DNA of 64,000 nucleotides from an uncultured Chryseobacterium sp. (lineage in GTDB: Bacteria; Bacteroidota; Bacteroidia; Flavobacteriales; Weeksellaceae). Positions within the stretch are counted from its first letter, which is position 1; each line of letters starts with the position of its first letter. Made by a program: the position numbers and the translations under genes. Location of the stretch: the NCBI RefSeq assembly GCF_913775525.1, contig NZ_CAJYLH010000034.1; one strand, written 5' to 3'. This document shows, one piece after another, positions 42,806 through 52,398 of the stretch. Under the pieces are notes generated by a model. The model saw nothing but the letters and a program-made list of their open reading frames with translations, had not been told where the DNA came from and did not search any database.

Positions 42806-43933
42806 ATGTCTAAAGTCTCAGTGGTTGAAGTAAAAACAGCGGATCAGCTGAAGAAATTCGTGCATTTCCCTATGGATCTGTACAAAGACAATCCTTATTA
42901 CGTACCTTCTTTCATCAATGATGAGATCAATATCTGGAATGCAGCGGAAAACCCGGCACTGGCTTATTCGGAAGCCCGTCAATTCCTCGCTTACAGGGGT
43001 AACAGCATCGTGGGAAGAATTGCCGTTATCATCAACCATAAGGAGGAAAAGGAACTGGGCATCAGAAAAGTACGGTTCGGCTGGATTGATTTTATTGATG
43101 ATGAAGAGGTTTCTGCCGCGCTTATCAGTACTGCAACAGATTATGCCCGTGAAAAAGGCATCGATACCATTGAGGGACCTATGGGATTCACCAATCTTGA
43201 CAAAGCGGGGATGCTTACGATGGGATTTGACAGGCTGGCAACGATGATCGGAATTTATAATCATGAATATTACCCTAAGCACCTGGAAAAACTTGGATTG
43301 ACCAAAGAAAAGGAATGGGTGGAATTTGAACTGATATTCCCGGAAGTACTTCCTGAAAAAATAGTCAAATTCAATGAACTGATCGCCCAGAAATACCATC
43401 TGAGGGTGTTAAGATTTAAAAATAAAGAAGAAATCATCCGGTATGTAGACCCGATGTTTGACCTTCTGGACGAAACCTATAAACACCTTTCAACCTACAC
43501 GCCCATTTCAGATGAGCAGAGGAAAACATACAAGGAAAAGTATTTTAAACTCATCGATAAGGACTTTATTGTCTGCATTGCGGATGCCCAGGATAATCTG
43601 GTATCGTTTGCGATCACCATGCCTTCCTATTCCAAAGCCTTACAGAAATCCAAAGGCAGACTGTTGCCATTCGGATGGTGGCATTTTTTAAGGGCGGGAA
43701 AAAAGAATGACCGCGCCAACTTTTACCTGATCGGCATTCATCCGGATTACCAGCGGAGAGGGGTAACCTCAATGATTTTTAAGGAAATCTTTGATACCTT
43801 CAAGAAAAAAGGGGTCAGATTCCTGGAAACCAATCCGGAACTGGAGGAAAACAAAAGCATACAGGTTTTATGGCAGGATTACAATCCGGTCAACCATAAA
43901 AGGAGAAGAACCTACTCTATGAAGATCGGGTAA
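42806..43933 (+). CDS. GNAT-like N-acyltransferase-fold protein (function unknown)
   Basis: 375 aa. The C-terminal segment YLIGIHPDYQRRGVTSMIFKE resembles acetyl-CoA-binding motif A (Q/R-x-x-G-x-G/A). Confidence 0.55.
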   Translation: MSKVSVVEVKTADQLKKFVHFPMDLYKDNPYYVPSFINDEINIWNAAENPALAYSEARQFLAYRGNSIVGRIAVIINHKEEKELGIRKVRFGWIDFIDDEEVSAALISTATDYAREKGIDTIEGPMGFTNLDKAGMLTMGFDRLATMIGIYNHEYYPKHLEKLGLTKEKEWVEFELIFPEVLPEKIVKFNELIAQKYHLRVLRFKNKEEIIRYVDPMFDLLDETYKHLSTYTPISDEQRKTYKEKYFKLIDKDFIVCIADAQDNLVSFAITMPSYSKALQKSKGRLLPFGWWHFLRAGKKNDRANFYLIGIHPDYQRRGVTSMIFKEIFDTFKKKGVRFLETNPELEENKSIQVLWQDYNPVNHKRRRTYSMKIG

Positions 43934-44007
43934 TCCAGAACCGCAGGGTTCATTCTGACTATCCATCACCCTTACCTGAATCCATACTGTTTTCGTATCT
44001 TTGCCTT

Positions 44008-44184
44008 ATGAAGCCACACCTGATTATTTTCGGTATCCTGATCGCCGGATTTATTGTATTCAACCTGTTTCTGCAAACCGGCAGCGACCGTACCAATACC
44101 GCTGTCAATATTATTTATGCCAGCGTGCTGTTCGGATACATTTCTTTTCTGGCATATACTTTACTCAGGAAGATGAAGAAATAG
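44008..44184 (+). CDS. small two-TM membrane protein (58 aa), not in the supplied ORF track
   Basis: Own translation: MKPHLIIFGILIAGFIVFNLFLQTGSDRTNTAVNIIYASVLFGYISFLAYTLLRKMKK. It has two hydrophobic helices and a basic tail. Its stop codon is embedded in the hairpin at 44184-44209. It is preferred over the listed TTG-initiated ORF 44001..44192. Confidence 0.35.
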   Translation: MKPHLIIFGILIAGFIVFNLFLQTGSDRTNTAVNIIYASVLFGYISFLAYTLLRKMKK

Positions 44185-44209
44185 CTGTATAATGATTGCG
44201 CTATACAGC
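44184..44209 (+). terminator. hairpin after the small membrane ORF (terminator-like)
   Basis: Stem GCTGTATA / TATACAGC with a 10-nt loop and a T-rich but interrupted 3-prime flank. Confidence 0.35.
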
Positions 44210-44386
44210 GGTATTGTTCGTTTTCACCTTGATCAGCAAAATACTTTGTTCACGCTAAAAAACGGTAAAAATAAGTTTGAAAAACCAAAGGCGTAAAACT
44301 AATTTTTATTCATTCTAAATTACCTGTTTTTCCCGTTTTGATTCCACTTTTAAGCGGATTAATTTCATGCTTTCTTGTTTATTCTG

Positions 44387-44394
44387 TAAATTTG
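44387..44394 (+). promoter_or_regulatory. -7 promoter element (TAAATTTG) upstream of nuoA
   Basis: It matches TAnnTTTG and ends 23 nt before the nuoA ATG. Confidence 0.4.
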
Positions 44395-44417
44395 CAAATT
44401 GAGATAATAATGCAAAA

Positions 44418-44789
44418 ATGAATTTACCTGAAAGTTATATTCCGATCCTTATACAAGCGGGTGTTGCTATTGGTTTCGTAGCGATTTCACTGCTTGGCGC
44501 ACATTTTCTGGGCCCTAAACAAAAAAAGGGAAATTCTGTAAAGAATCAGAGCTGGGAATGTGGGGTTGCCGTAGAGGGAAACGCCCGTACTCCATTCTCA
44601 ATTAAGTATTTCCTTACCGCAGTATTGTTTGTACTTTTCGATATAGAAATCGTATTTTTCTATCCTTATGCCGTTAACTTCAGAGAATTCGGCATGCAGG
44701 GATTTTTAGCGGTGCTTACTTTCGTGGCCATTTTCTTCGTAGCTTTTTTCTACGTATGGAAACGCGGCGCATTAGATTGGGATAAGTAA
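44418..44789 (+). CDS. nuoA: NADH-quinone oxidoreductase subunit A
   Basis: 123 aa with three TM segments, WECG and FDIEIVFFYP. Confidence 0.9.
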   Translation: MNLPESYIPILIQAGVAIGFVAISLLGAHFLGPKQKKGNSVKNQSWECGVAVEGNARTPFSIKYFLTAVLFVLFDIEIVFFYPYAVNFREFGMQGFLAVLTFVAIFFVAFFYVWKRGALDWDK

Positions 44790-44890
44790 AGAAACCAAAA
44801 CTGTAGTTAAAAATTTTAGTTAAAAACAGGATTCCAGTTAACATTAACACGAATTCCGAATCTAAAGTTTAAATCTTTTAAATTAAACCA

Positions 44891-45451
44891 ATGTCAGATA
44901 AAAAACCAGTAATAATAACAGATGCTCCTGCTCCGGAAGGATATGAAGGAGAAGGCTTTTTTGCAACGAAACTGAGCAGCGTTATCGGGATGGCAAGGAA
45001 ATTTTCCCTTTGGCCGCTTCCTTTTGCTACATCATGTTGCGGAATTGAATTTATGGCGACCCTTAACCCGACTTATGATGCGTCAAGGTTCGGGATGGAG
45101 AGAAACTCTTTCTCCCCGAGACAGGCAGATATGCTGATGGTGTGCGGAACGATAGCCAAAAAGCTGGGTCCCGTTCTTAAAGAAGTATACACCCAGATGG
45201 CTGAGCCGAAATGGGTGGTAGCCGTAGGTGCCTGTGCATGCAGCGGCGGTATTTTCGATACCTATTCCGTATTACAGGGAATTGACAAGATTATTCCTGT
45301 TGACGTATATGTTCCCGGATGTCCTCCGAGACCGGAACAGATCATAGAAGGCGTGATGCAGGTTCAGGCCCTGGCCGAAAGCGAAAGCATCAGAAGAAGA
45401 GATATGCCTGAATACCAAAAGCTATTGGATTCTTATAACATAAGCAACTAA
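44891..45451 (+). CDS. nuoB: NADH-quinone oxidoreductase subunit B
   Basis: The N2 cluster cysteines are present in [15 protein letters not shown] and GCPPRP. Confidence 0.92.
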   Translation: MSDKKPVIITDAPAPEGYEGEGFFATKLSSVIGMARKFSLWPLPFATSCCGIEFMATLNPTYDASRFGMERNSFSPRQADMLMVCGTIAKKLGPVLKEVYTQMAEPKWVVAVGACACSGGIFDTYSVLQGIDKIIPVDVYVPGCPPRPEQIIEGVMQVQALAESESIRRRDMPEYQKLLDSYNISN

Positions 45452-45456
45452 ACGGA

Positions 45457-45951
45457 ATGACCAACGAATTTGTATTAGAAGCAATCACCAGAGAATTTCC
45501 GGAGTCTGTTACTTCAAGTTCAGAACCCTACGGAATGCTGACGATTGAAGTAAAGAAAGAGGATCTCAAAAAAATCATCCATTACCTGAAAGATTCTTCA
45601 CTGGAAATTAATTTCCTTACGGACATCTGCGGGATCCACTATCCTGAATTCCCGGAGAGGGAAATCGGTGTGGTCTACCACCTGCACAATATGATGACGA
45701 ATTTCAGGATCAGGCTGAAGATTTTCATGACCAGGGACAATGTTGAAGTGGATTCCCTTACGGAACTATATGCCGGAGCCAACTGGATGGAGCGGGAAAC
45801 CTATGATTTCTTCGGAATCAAATTTAAAGGCCATCCGGACCTGAGACCAATCCTGAATATGGAAGACCTGGGATACCACCCTATGCTGAAGGAATACAGG
45901 CTGGAGGACGGTACCAGGACAGACAAGAATGACAGTATGTTCGGAAGATAA
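45457..45951 (+). CDS. nuoC: NADH-quinone oxidoreductase subunit C
   Basis: 164 aa with ANWMERETYDFFGIKFKGHPDLR. Confidence 0.9.
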   Translation: MTNEFVLEAITREFPESVTSSSEPYGMLTIEVKKEDLKKIIHYLKDSSLEINFLTDICGIHYPEFPEREIGVVYHLHNMMTNFRIRLKIFMTRDNVEVDSLTELYAGANWMERETYDFFGIKFKGHPDLRPILNMEDLGYHPMLKEYRLEDGTRTDKNDSMFGR

Positions 45952-46012
45952 AAAATAATGCAATAAGCCGTACGCTTAAAGCTTACAGCCTATAGCCTCA
46001 AGCATTTAAATT

Positions 46013-47236
46013 ATGAAAGATAACTCATTATCTAATATACTTAACCAATACGAAAGTAAAGAACAGATTGACGGGCAATTGTATACCCTCAACCTGGGAC
46101 CTACCCATCCGGCTACGCACGGGATCTTCCAGAATGTCCTCACCATGGACGGGGAAAGAATCCTGCACGCTGAGCAGACGGTAGGCTATATCCACCGCGC
46201 ATTCGAGAAAATTTCCGAAAGAAGGAATTACGCCCAGATTACTACGCTTACAGACCGTATGAACTACTGTTCTGCCCCGATCAATAACCTGGGCTGGCAT
46301 ATGACGGTAGAAAAGCTGATCGGCGTTGAAGTTCCTAAACGGGTAGATTACATGCGTGTTATCCTGATGGAGCTGGCCAGGATCGGTGACCACCTGATCT
46401 GTAACGGGGTAACCGGTATGGACTCCGGAGCAATTACCGGACTTACCTATATGTTCGTGGAACGAGAGCGCATCTATGATATGTACGAGCAGATCTGCGG
46501 AGCAAGGATGACGACCAATATGGGGAGAATCGGAGGTTTCGAAAGAGATTTCACGCCAAAATTCCATGAGCTGATCAAAGATTTCCTTAAGACATTCCCA
46601 CCGAGATTCCAGGAATTCTGTAATCTTCTGGAAAGAAACAGGATTTTTATGGACAGAACCATCGGAGCCGGATCTATATCTGCTGAAAGAGCATTAAGCT
46701 ATGGCTTTACAGGCCCAAACCTTCGTGCCGCAGGTGTGGATTATGATGTGAGGGTAGCACAACCGTATTCATCTTATCAGGATTTCGATTTTATCATCCC
46801 GGTAGGAACTGCAGGTGATACTTATGACCGCTTCATGGTACGCCAGCAGGAAATCTGGGAATCCATTAAAATCATCAAGCAGGCTTATGAGAACCTTCCT
46901 GAAGGTCCGTTCCATGCTGATGTTCCGGATTTTTACCTTCCTGAAAAAGCAGATGTATACCAGAAAATGGAATCCCTGATCTACCACTTCAAAATCGTGA
47001 TGGGCGAAACGGATGTTCCTAAAGGGGAAGTATACCATGCCGTGGAAGGCGGAAACGGAGAATTAGGATTCTACCTGGTGAGTGACGGAGGCAGAAGCCC
47101 TTACCGACTTCACTTCAGAAGACCATGCTTCATTTATTACCAGGCGTATCCTGAAATGATCACAGGTTCTGTGATTTCCGACGCCATCGTAACAATGTGC
47201 AGTATGAACATCATTGCGGGAGAATTAGACGCATAA
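46013..47236 (+). CDS. nuoD: NADH-quinone oxidoreductase subunit D
   Basis: 407 aa with [11 protein letters not shown] and YIHRAFEK, and the C-terminal IAGELDA. Confidence 0.92.
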   Translation: MKDNSLSNILNQYESKEQIDGQLYTLNLGPTHPATHGIFQNVLTMDGERILHAEQTVGYIHRAFEKISERRNYAQITTLTDRMNYCSAPINNLGWHMTVEKLIGVEVPKRVDYMRVILMELARIGDHLICNGVTGMDSGAITGLTYMFVERERIYDMYEQICGARMTTNMGRIGGFERDFTPKFHELIKDFLKTFPPRFQEFCNLLERNRIFMDRTIGAGSISAERALSYGFTGPNLRAAGVDYDVRVAQPYSSYQDFDFIIPVGTAGDTYDRFMVRQQEIWESIKIIKQAYENLPEGPFHADVPDFYLPEKADVYQKMESLIYHFKIVMGETDVPKGEVYHAVEGGNGELGFYLVSDGGRSPYRLHFRRPCFIYYQAYPEMITGSVISDAIVTMCSMNIIAGELDA

Positions 47237-47343
47237 AAGAAATTATAGATTTTGGATTATAAATTTTAGATTAATCCAAACTGCATAAAATTGAAATTTT
47301 TTAGAATTTAAAATCTAAAATTCAAAATTTAAAATTTAAAAAA

Positions 47344-47853
47344 GTGAGCGAAACAATAGCTTTTAAACCGGAAAGTTTAGCACAGGTACACAAAATTATC
47401 GCACGATACCCGGAAGGAAGACAGAAGTCTGCCCTTCTTCCTGTTCTTCACCTGGCCCAGAAAGAATTCGGAGGATGGTTAGATGTTCCGGTAATGGATT
47501 ATGTTGCCGGATTGCTGGATATCCAGCCGATTGAAGTATATGAAGTAGCTACTTTCTATACCATGTTCAACATGAAGCCGGTGGGAAAATATGTCCTGGA
47601 AGTTTGCAGAACGGGGCCATGCATGGTATGCGGAAGCGAAAAGATCTTAAACCATATCAGGACAAAGCTGAACATCAAGGACGGAGAGACTACCGCAGAC
47701 GGAATGTTCACCCTGAAACCGGCTGAGTGCCTGGGCGCATGCGGCTATGCACCGATGATGCAGCTGGGAAAATTTTATCACGAAAACCTAACGATAGAAA
47801 AAGTAGACGAAATCCTTGATCTTTGCAGAGAAGGACAGGTTGCTTTAGACTAA
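47344..47853 (+). CDS. nuoE: NADH-quinone oxidoreductase subunit E (2Fe-2S)
   Basis: GTG start. Cluster cysteines are in VCRTGPCMVCG and ECLGACG. Confidence 0.9.
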   Translation: MSETIAFKPESLAQVHKIIARYPEGRQKSALLPVLHLAQKEFGGWLDVPVMDYVAGLLDIQPIEVYEVATFYTMFNMKPVGKYVLEVCRTGPCMVCGSEKILNHIRTKLNIKDGETTADGMFTLKPAECLGACGYAPMMQLGKFYHENLTIEKVDEILDLCREGQVALD

Positions 47854-47864
47854 TTACAATAAGA

Positions 47865-49217
47865 ATGAGTAAAAAACTTTTACTTAAAGACGCACATATA
47901 GAGGGCATCCGCTACCTGGAAACTTACCGTAAGCAGGGAGGTTACACAGCCGCAGAAAAAGCCCTGAAAATGACACCTGATGAAATCCTGGAAGAAGTGA
48001 AAACTTCAGGACTCAGAGGACGTGGAGGAGCCGGATTCCCGACCGGGATGAAATGGAGCTTCCTGGCAAAACCGGAAGGTGTTCCAAGACACCTGGTGGT
48101 GAACGCCGACGAATCTGAGCCGGGAACATTCAAAGACCGTTACCTGATGGAATTCCTTCCTCATGTACTGATTGAAGGAATGCTGATCTCCTCATTCTGC
48201 CTGGGTTCCAATGTTTCTTACATCTATATCCGCGGGGAATATTCATGGATTCCGGATATCCTGGAAGAAGCCATTGAAGAAGCCAAAGCAGCAGGATTTT
48301 TAGGTAAAAATATCTTAGGGACCGGCTTCGACTGTGAAATTTATGTTCAGAGAGGAGGCGGAGCCTACATCTGTGGGGAAGAAACGGCATTGCTGGAATC
48401 CCTGGAAGGAAAAAGAGGAAATCCGAGACTGAAACCGCCATTCCCGGCTGTAAAAGGACTTTGGGAAAGGCCTACGGTTGTGAATAACGTAGAATCCATT
48501 GCCGCTATCGTTCCGATCATTGATATGGGCGGTGCGGAATACGCCAAAATTGGAGTAGGAAGATCCACAGGAACCAAGCTTATTTCTGCATGCGGAAATA
48601 TCAACAAGCCTGGTGTCTATGAAATCGATATGACGATTACCGTAGAGGAATTCATCTATTCGGATGAATACTGCGGCGGGATCCCGAACGGAAAAAAGCT
48701 GAAAGCCTGTATTCCCGGAGGAAGCTCCGTACCAATCGTACCGGCGAATCTATTGCTAAAAACCGTAAACGGAGAACCGAGATATATGAACTATGAGTCA
48801 CTGGCAGACGGAGGCTTTGCTACTGGAACCATGATGGGCTCAGGAGGATTCATCGTGCTGGATGAAGACCAGTGCGTTGTGGAACATACCATGACTTTAG
48901 CAAGATTTTACAATCACGAAAGTTGCGGGCAGTGTACACCATGCCGTGAAGGTACAGGATGGATGTACAAGATTTTAAAGAAAATTGAAAACGGGCAGGG
49001 GAAAATGGAAGATATCGACCTTCTTTGGGATATCCAGAGAAAGATTGAAGGAAATACCATTTGTCCATTAGGGGATGCTGCAGCATGGCCTGTTGCTGCG
49101 GCGATACGTCATTTCAGGGATGAATTTGAATGGCATGTAAAAAATCCGGAATTGTGTTTAACGCAAAACTACGGACTGGCTAATTATGCCGATCCTATTC
49201 CGGCGCCTTCAGTTTAG
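47865..49217 (+). CDS. nuoF: NADH-quinone oxidoreductase subunit F (FMN, 4Fe-4S)
   Basis: The start is taken at MSKKLLLKD. Motifs include GLRGRGGAGFPTG, ESEPGTFKDR and ESCGQCTPCREG. Confidence 0.92.
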   Translation: MSKKLLLKDAHIEGIRYLETYRKQGGYTAAEKALKMTPDEILEEVKTSGLRGRGGAGFPTGMKWSFLAKPEGVPRHLVVNADESEPGTFKDRYLMEFLPHVLIEGMLISSFCLGSNVSYIYIRGEYSWIPDILEEAIEEAKAAGFLGKNILGTGFDCEIYVQRGGGAYICGEETALLESLEGKRGNPRLKPPFPAVKGLWERPTVVNNVESIAAIVPIIDMGGAEYAKIGVGRSTGTKLISACGNINKPGVYEIDMTITVEEFIYSDEYCGGIPNGKKLKACIPGGSSVPIVPANLLLKTVNGEPRYMNYESLADGGFATGTMMGSGGFIVLDEDQCVVEHTMTLARFYNHESCGQCTPCREGTGWMYKILKKIENGQGKMEDIDLLWDIQRKIEGNTICPLGDAAAWPVAAAIRHFRDEFEWHVKNPELCLTQNYGLANYADPIPAPSV

Positions 49218-49244
49218 CCCATTATTAAAAAACAAAAAAACAAA

Positions 49245-50066
49245 TTGAAAATTAAATTCTTATTGCTGTTATTCGTAACAGTGACTATGAGTGTTAAGGC
49301 TCAGAGAGAAGCGTTCAAAAAAGGTTCGGTAATGGTATTTTGGGGATGGAACAGAGGCTGGTTTTCAGATTCTGACATCCATTTTTATGGTCAGGATTAT
49401 AACTTTACCCTGAATAATGTGTCTGCACATGACAGGCCTACCCCACTGAGTAATTTCAGCCATTACATTGATCCGACAAAGATTTCCATTCCTCAGGTGA
49501 ACTACAATATCACGTATTTCGTTAAGGATAATCTGGGAATTACCTTTGGAGTAGATCACATGAAATATGTGATGGATCAAAATCAGACGGTTGAATTCAA
49601 CGGTTATATTAATAATCCTCAATATGCTGCTATGGTCAATAACGGAAAAATTGACCTTTCTGACGGAAAATTCCTGAAGTATGAGCATACCAACGGACTA
49701 AATTATCTTAACCTCGGGATTCAGCAGTATAAACAAATCCTTAACAAAAAGAATTTTGATATATTCTTAGGGTACGGTTTGGGTACAGGGGTTTTAGTCC
49801 CGAAAACAGATGCTACCTTAATGGGCAAAGCAGAAAGCGACCACTTTCACCTGGCAGGATTCGGATTGGACGCCAGGACAAGTGTAAACATAGTGATCTG
49901 GAATCATATTGTAGCCAAAGCCGAATTTAAATACGGATATATCAATCTGCCAAGCGTAAGAACCACAGAAGAAAATACGAACATCGATAAAGCCGTACAG
50001 GACTTTACCTTTGGAGAACTTGTTTTTGGGGTTGGATATACATTTAATACGAAAAAGCAAAAATAA
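49245..50066 (+). CDS. hypothetical secreted, outer-membrane beta-barrel-like protein inserted between nuoF and nuoG
   Basis: TTG start and signal peptide MKIKFLLLLFVTVTMSVKAQ. It has alternating aromatic/polar beta-strand patterning and the C-terminal segment FGVGYTFNTKKQK. Confidence 0.6.
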   Translation: MKIKFLLLLFVTVTMSVKAQREAFKKGSVMVFWGWNRGWFSDSDIHFYGQDYNFTLNNVSAHDRPTPLSNFSHYIDPTKISIPQVNYNITYFVKDNLGITFGVDHMKYVMDQNQTVEFNGYINNPQYAAMVNNGKIDLSDGKFLKYEHTNGLNYLNLGIQQYKQILNKKNFDIFLGYGLGTGVLVPKTDATLMGKAESDHFHLAGFGLDARTSVNIVIWNHIVAKAEFKYGYINLPSVRTTEENTNIDKAVQDFTFGELVFGVGYTFNTKKQK

Positions 50067-50111
50067 ATACGGCTTATCTGCTTTGAACAGCATAAGCAAA
50101 AAGCATAGAAT

Positions 50112-51110
50112 ATGAGCGAAGAGGTTAAAAAATTTAAAATCACTATAGACGGACAGACCACCGAAGTTCTTCCCGGCACTTCCATCCTGGAAGCGGCAAG
50201 ACAGATCGGCGGCAAATCCGTACCTCCGGCAATGTGCTACTACAGCAAACTGGAAGCCAGCGGAGGACGATGCAGAACCTGCCTTGTAGAGGTTTCAAAA
50301 GGATCTGAAGCAGATCCGCGACCTATGCCGAAACTGGTAGCCAGCTGCAGAACCAACGTGATGGACGGAATGGAGGTGAAAAACCTGACTTCCGAAAAAG
50401 CCCAGGAAGGGAGAAAAGCCGTAACGGAATTCCTCTTGCTGAACCACCCGCTGGACTGCCCGGTATGTGACCAGGCAGGTGAATGCCATCTTCAGGACCT
50501 GGGGTATGAATACGGAAACCCGGAAACCAGAACTGAATTTGAAAGAAATACGTATGATGCAGACGATTTAGGTCCGAACATCAAACTGAATATGGACCGT
50601 TGCATCCTGTGTGCAAGATGCGTCCTCACAGCCAACCAGCTTACGGACACCCGTGAACACGGTATTCTGTTCAGAGGGGACCATGCTGAGATCTCCACTT
50701 ATCTGAACAAGGCTCTTGACAATGATTTCATCGGAAACGTCATCGATGTATGCCCGGTAGGTGCACTCACCGACAGAACGGCGCGTTTCGCCAGCAGGGT
50801 TTGGTTTACCAAGCCGATGAATGCTACCTGCAGCTGTGATCAATGCTCAGGAAAAGCAACCCTGTGGATGAAAGGTGATGAAATTGTGCGGGTAACCGCC
50901 AGAAAAGACCAATGGGGAGAAGTAGAGGAATTCATTTGCGATACCTGCCGTTTCCACAGAAAAGAACTGAAGTTCTGGAACATTGAAGGTCCGAGACATA
51001 TCGACAGGCATTCCGTTATTTCGCTGAACCATTACGAGAAGCCGAAAGACGAGCTGAGGATACTTGACAACCCGATGGCGAAGGAAATCAGCGAAAAAGA
51101 CGAAAAATAA
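50112..51110 (+). CDS. nuoG: NADH-quinone oxidoreductase subunit G, short form (Fe-S domains only)
   Basis: 332 aa. It has 2Fe-2S (CYYSKLEASGGRCRTCLVE), N5 (HPLDCPVCDQAGEC) and N4 (CILCARCV...CPVGA) motifs. The molybdopterin-like C-terminal domain is absent. Confidence 0.85.
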   Translation: MSEEVKKFKITIDGQTTEVLPGTSILEAARQIGGKSVPPAMCYYSKLEASGGRCRTCLVEVSKGSEADPRPMPKLVASCRTNVMDGMEVKNLTSEKAQEGRKAVTEFLLLNHPLDCPVCDQAGECHLQDLGYEYGNPETRTEFERNTYDADDLGPNIKLNMDRCILCARCVLTANQLTDTREHGILFRGDHAEISTYLNKALDNDFIGNVIDVCPVGALTDRTARFASRVWFTKPMNATCSCDQCSGKATLWMKGDEIVRVTARKDQWGEVEEFICDTCRFHRKELKFWNIEGPRHIDRHSVISLNHYEKPKDELRILDNPMAKEISEKDEK

Positions 51111-51208
51111 TTTTAATAAAGACAATTAGATTTCAGACACAAGACATCAGACTTAATCTCATATCTAGTATCTGACATCTCACATCTAAAAATCTTTACA
51201 ACAAAAAA

Positions 51209-52270
51209 ATGGATTTAATAACATTTAAACTGATACTTGTTTTAGCCCTTTTCCTGCTGTCACTGACTATCGCAGCCTACTCCACTTGGGCAGAGCGAAA
51301 GGTAGCTGCCGTAATGCAGGACAGGATCGGACCGAACAGAGCAGGCCCGTTTGCCTTGCTTCAGCCCCTTGCAGACGGAGGGAAGTTTTTCTTTAAGGAA
51401 GACTTTACGCCGGCCAATGCAGAACGTTTCCTCTTTGTGCTCGGACCTGCATTAGTGATGTTTATTTCACTGATTACAGGAGCCGTAATCCCATGGGGGA
51501 AAAGTTTAAATATCGGAGGGACTTCTTTCGATCTTCAGGTAGCCAACATTGACGTGGGTGTTTTGTACATCATCGGAATGGCATCCATCGGAGTATACGG
51601 AATTATGATCGGAGGCTGGGCTTCCAACAATAAATATTCATTAATCGGTGCCATCAGGGCTTCTTCCCAGATGATTTCCTATGAACTGGCGATGGGGCTT
51701 GCTTTGCTGTCCATCATTATGATGACAGGAAGCCTGGACCTGAAAGTAATTTCTGAGACTCAGGCCACCGGAAAACTTTGGGGGCTGTTTGCAATTGACG
51801 GGATGAACTGGAATATTTTCTACCAGCCGATTGCTTTCCTGGTTTTCATCGTAGCAGCTCTGGCAGAAACCAACAGGCACCCTTTTGATTTGCCTGAATG
51901 TGAATCTGAGCTGGTAACCGGATACTCAACGGAATATTCTTCCATGAAACTCGGGTTGTACATGTTCGGTGAATACGTGAATATGTTTATCTCCAATGCC
52001 TTTATGGTGGTATTGTTCTTCGGGGGTTATAACTATCCGGGTATTGAATGGGTAACCCAGCACTGGGGTGAAAACACGGCTGGGATTTTAAGTATCGTAG
52101 CATTCCTGACCAAAACTATTATCGGGATCCTGATCTTTATGTGGATCAGATGGACACTACCAAGATTCAGGTATGACCAGCTGATGCACCTGGGATGGAA
52201 AACATTGATTCCGATGGCATTGGTGAACCTGCTGGTTACCGGAGCGGTTATATTAGCATTCGGAAGTTAA
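51209..52270 (+). CDS. nuoH: NADH-quinone oxidoreductase subunit H
   Basis: 353 aa, polytopic, with AERKVAAVMQDRIGPNR and ETNRHPFDLPECESELV. Confidence 0.92.
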   Translation: MDLITFKLILVLALFLLSLTIAAYSTWAERKVAAVMQDRIGPNRAGPFALLQPLADGGKFFFKEDFTPANAERFLFVLGPALVMFISLITGAVIPWGKSLNIGGTSFDLQVANIDVGVLYIIGMASIGVYGIMIGGWASNNKYSLIGAIRASSQMISYELAMGLALLSIIMMTGSLDLKVISETQATGKLWGLFAIDGMNWNIFYQPIAFLVFIVAALAETNRHPFDLPECESELVTGYSTEYSSMKLGLYMFGEYVNMFISNAFMVVLFFGGYNYPGIEWVTQHWGENTAGILSIVAFLTKTIIGILIFMWIRWTLPRFRYDQLMHLGWKTLIPMALVNLLVTGAVILAFGS

Positions 52271-52398
52271 GCAGGTAAGTATGGATATCAACAGATCTGA
52301 TCCATGGAGAATACCTATTCACCACTTTCAGATTCAAACCTAAATATTAAAAATTAAGATAAAAGACAGAACGAGTCTAACATCTAATATCTTTAAAA

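Noticed and set aside
42818-43399. 193-aa antisense ORF inside the GNAT-like gene, and other internal antisense ORFs (46028..46567, 38628..39113, 40685..41116, 60549..61079, 59723..60055)
   Set aside because: Each lies entirely within a longer ORF with recognisable motifs or family-typical architecture on the opposite strand, and none shows a motif of its own.
44001-44192. Listed 63-aa TTG-initiated ORF
   Set aside because: Another frame of the same region gives an ATG-initiated peptide with two clean TM helices and a stop inside a hairpin. The listed frame gives an implausible Tyr/Arg/Pro-rich product.
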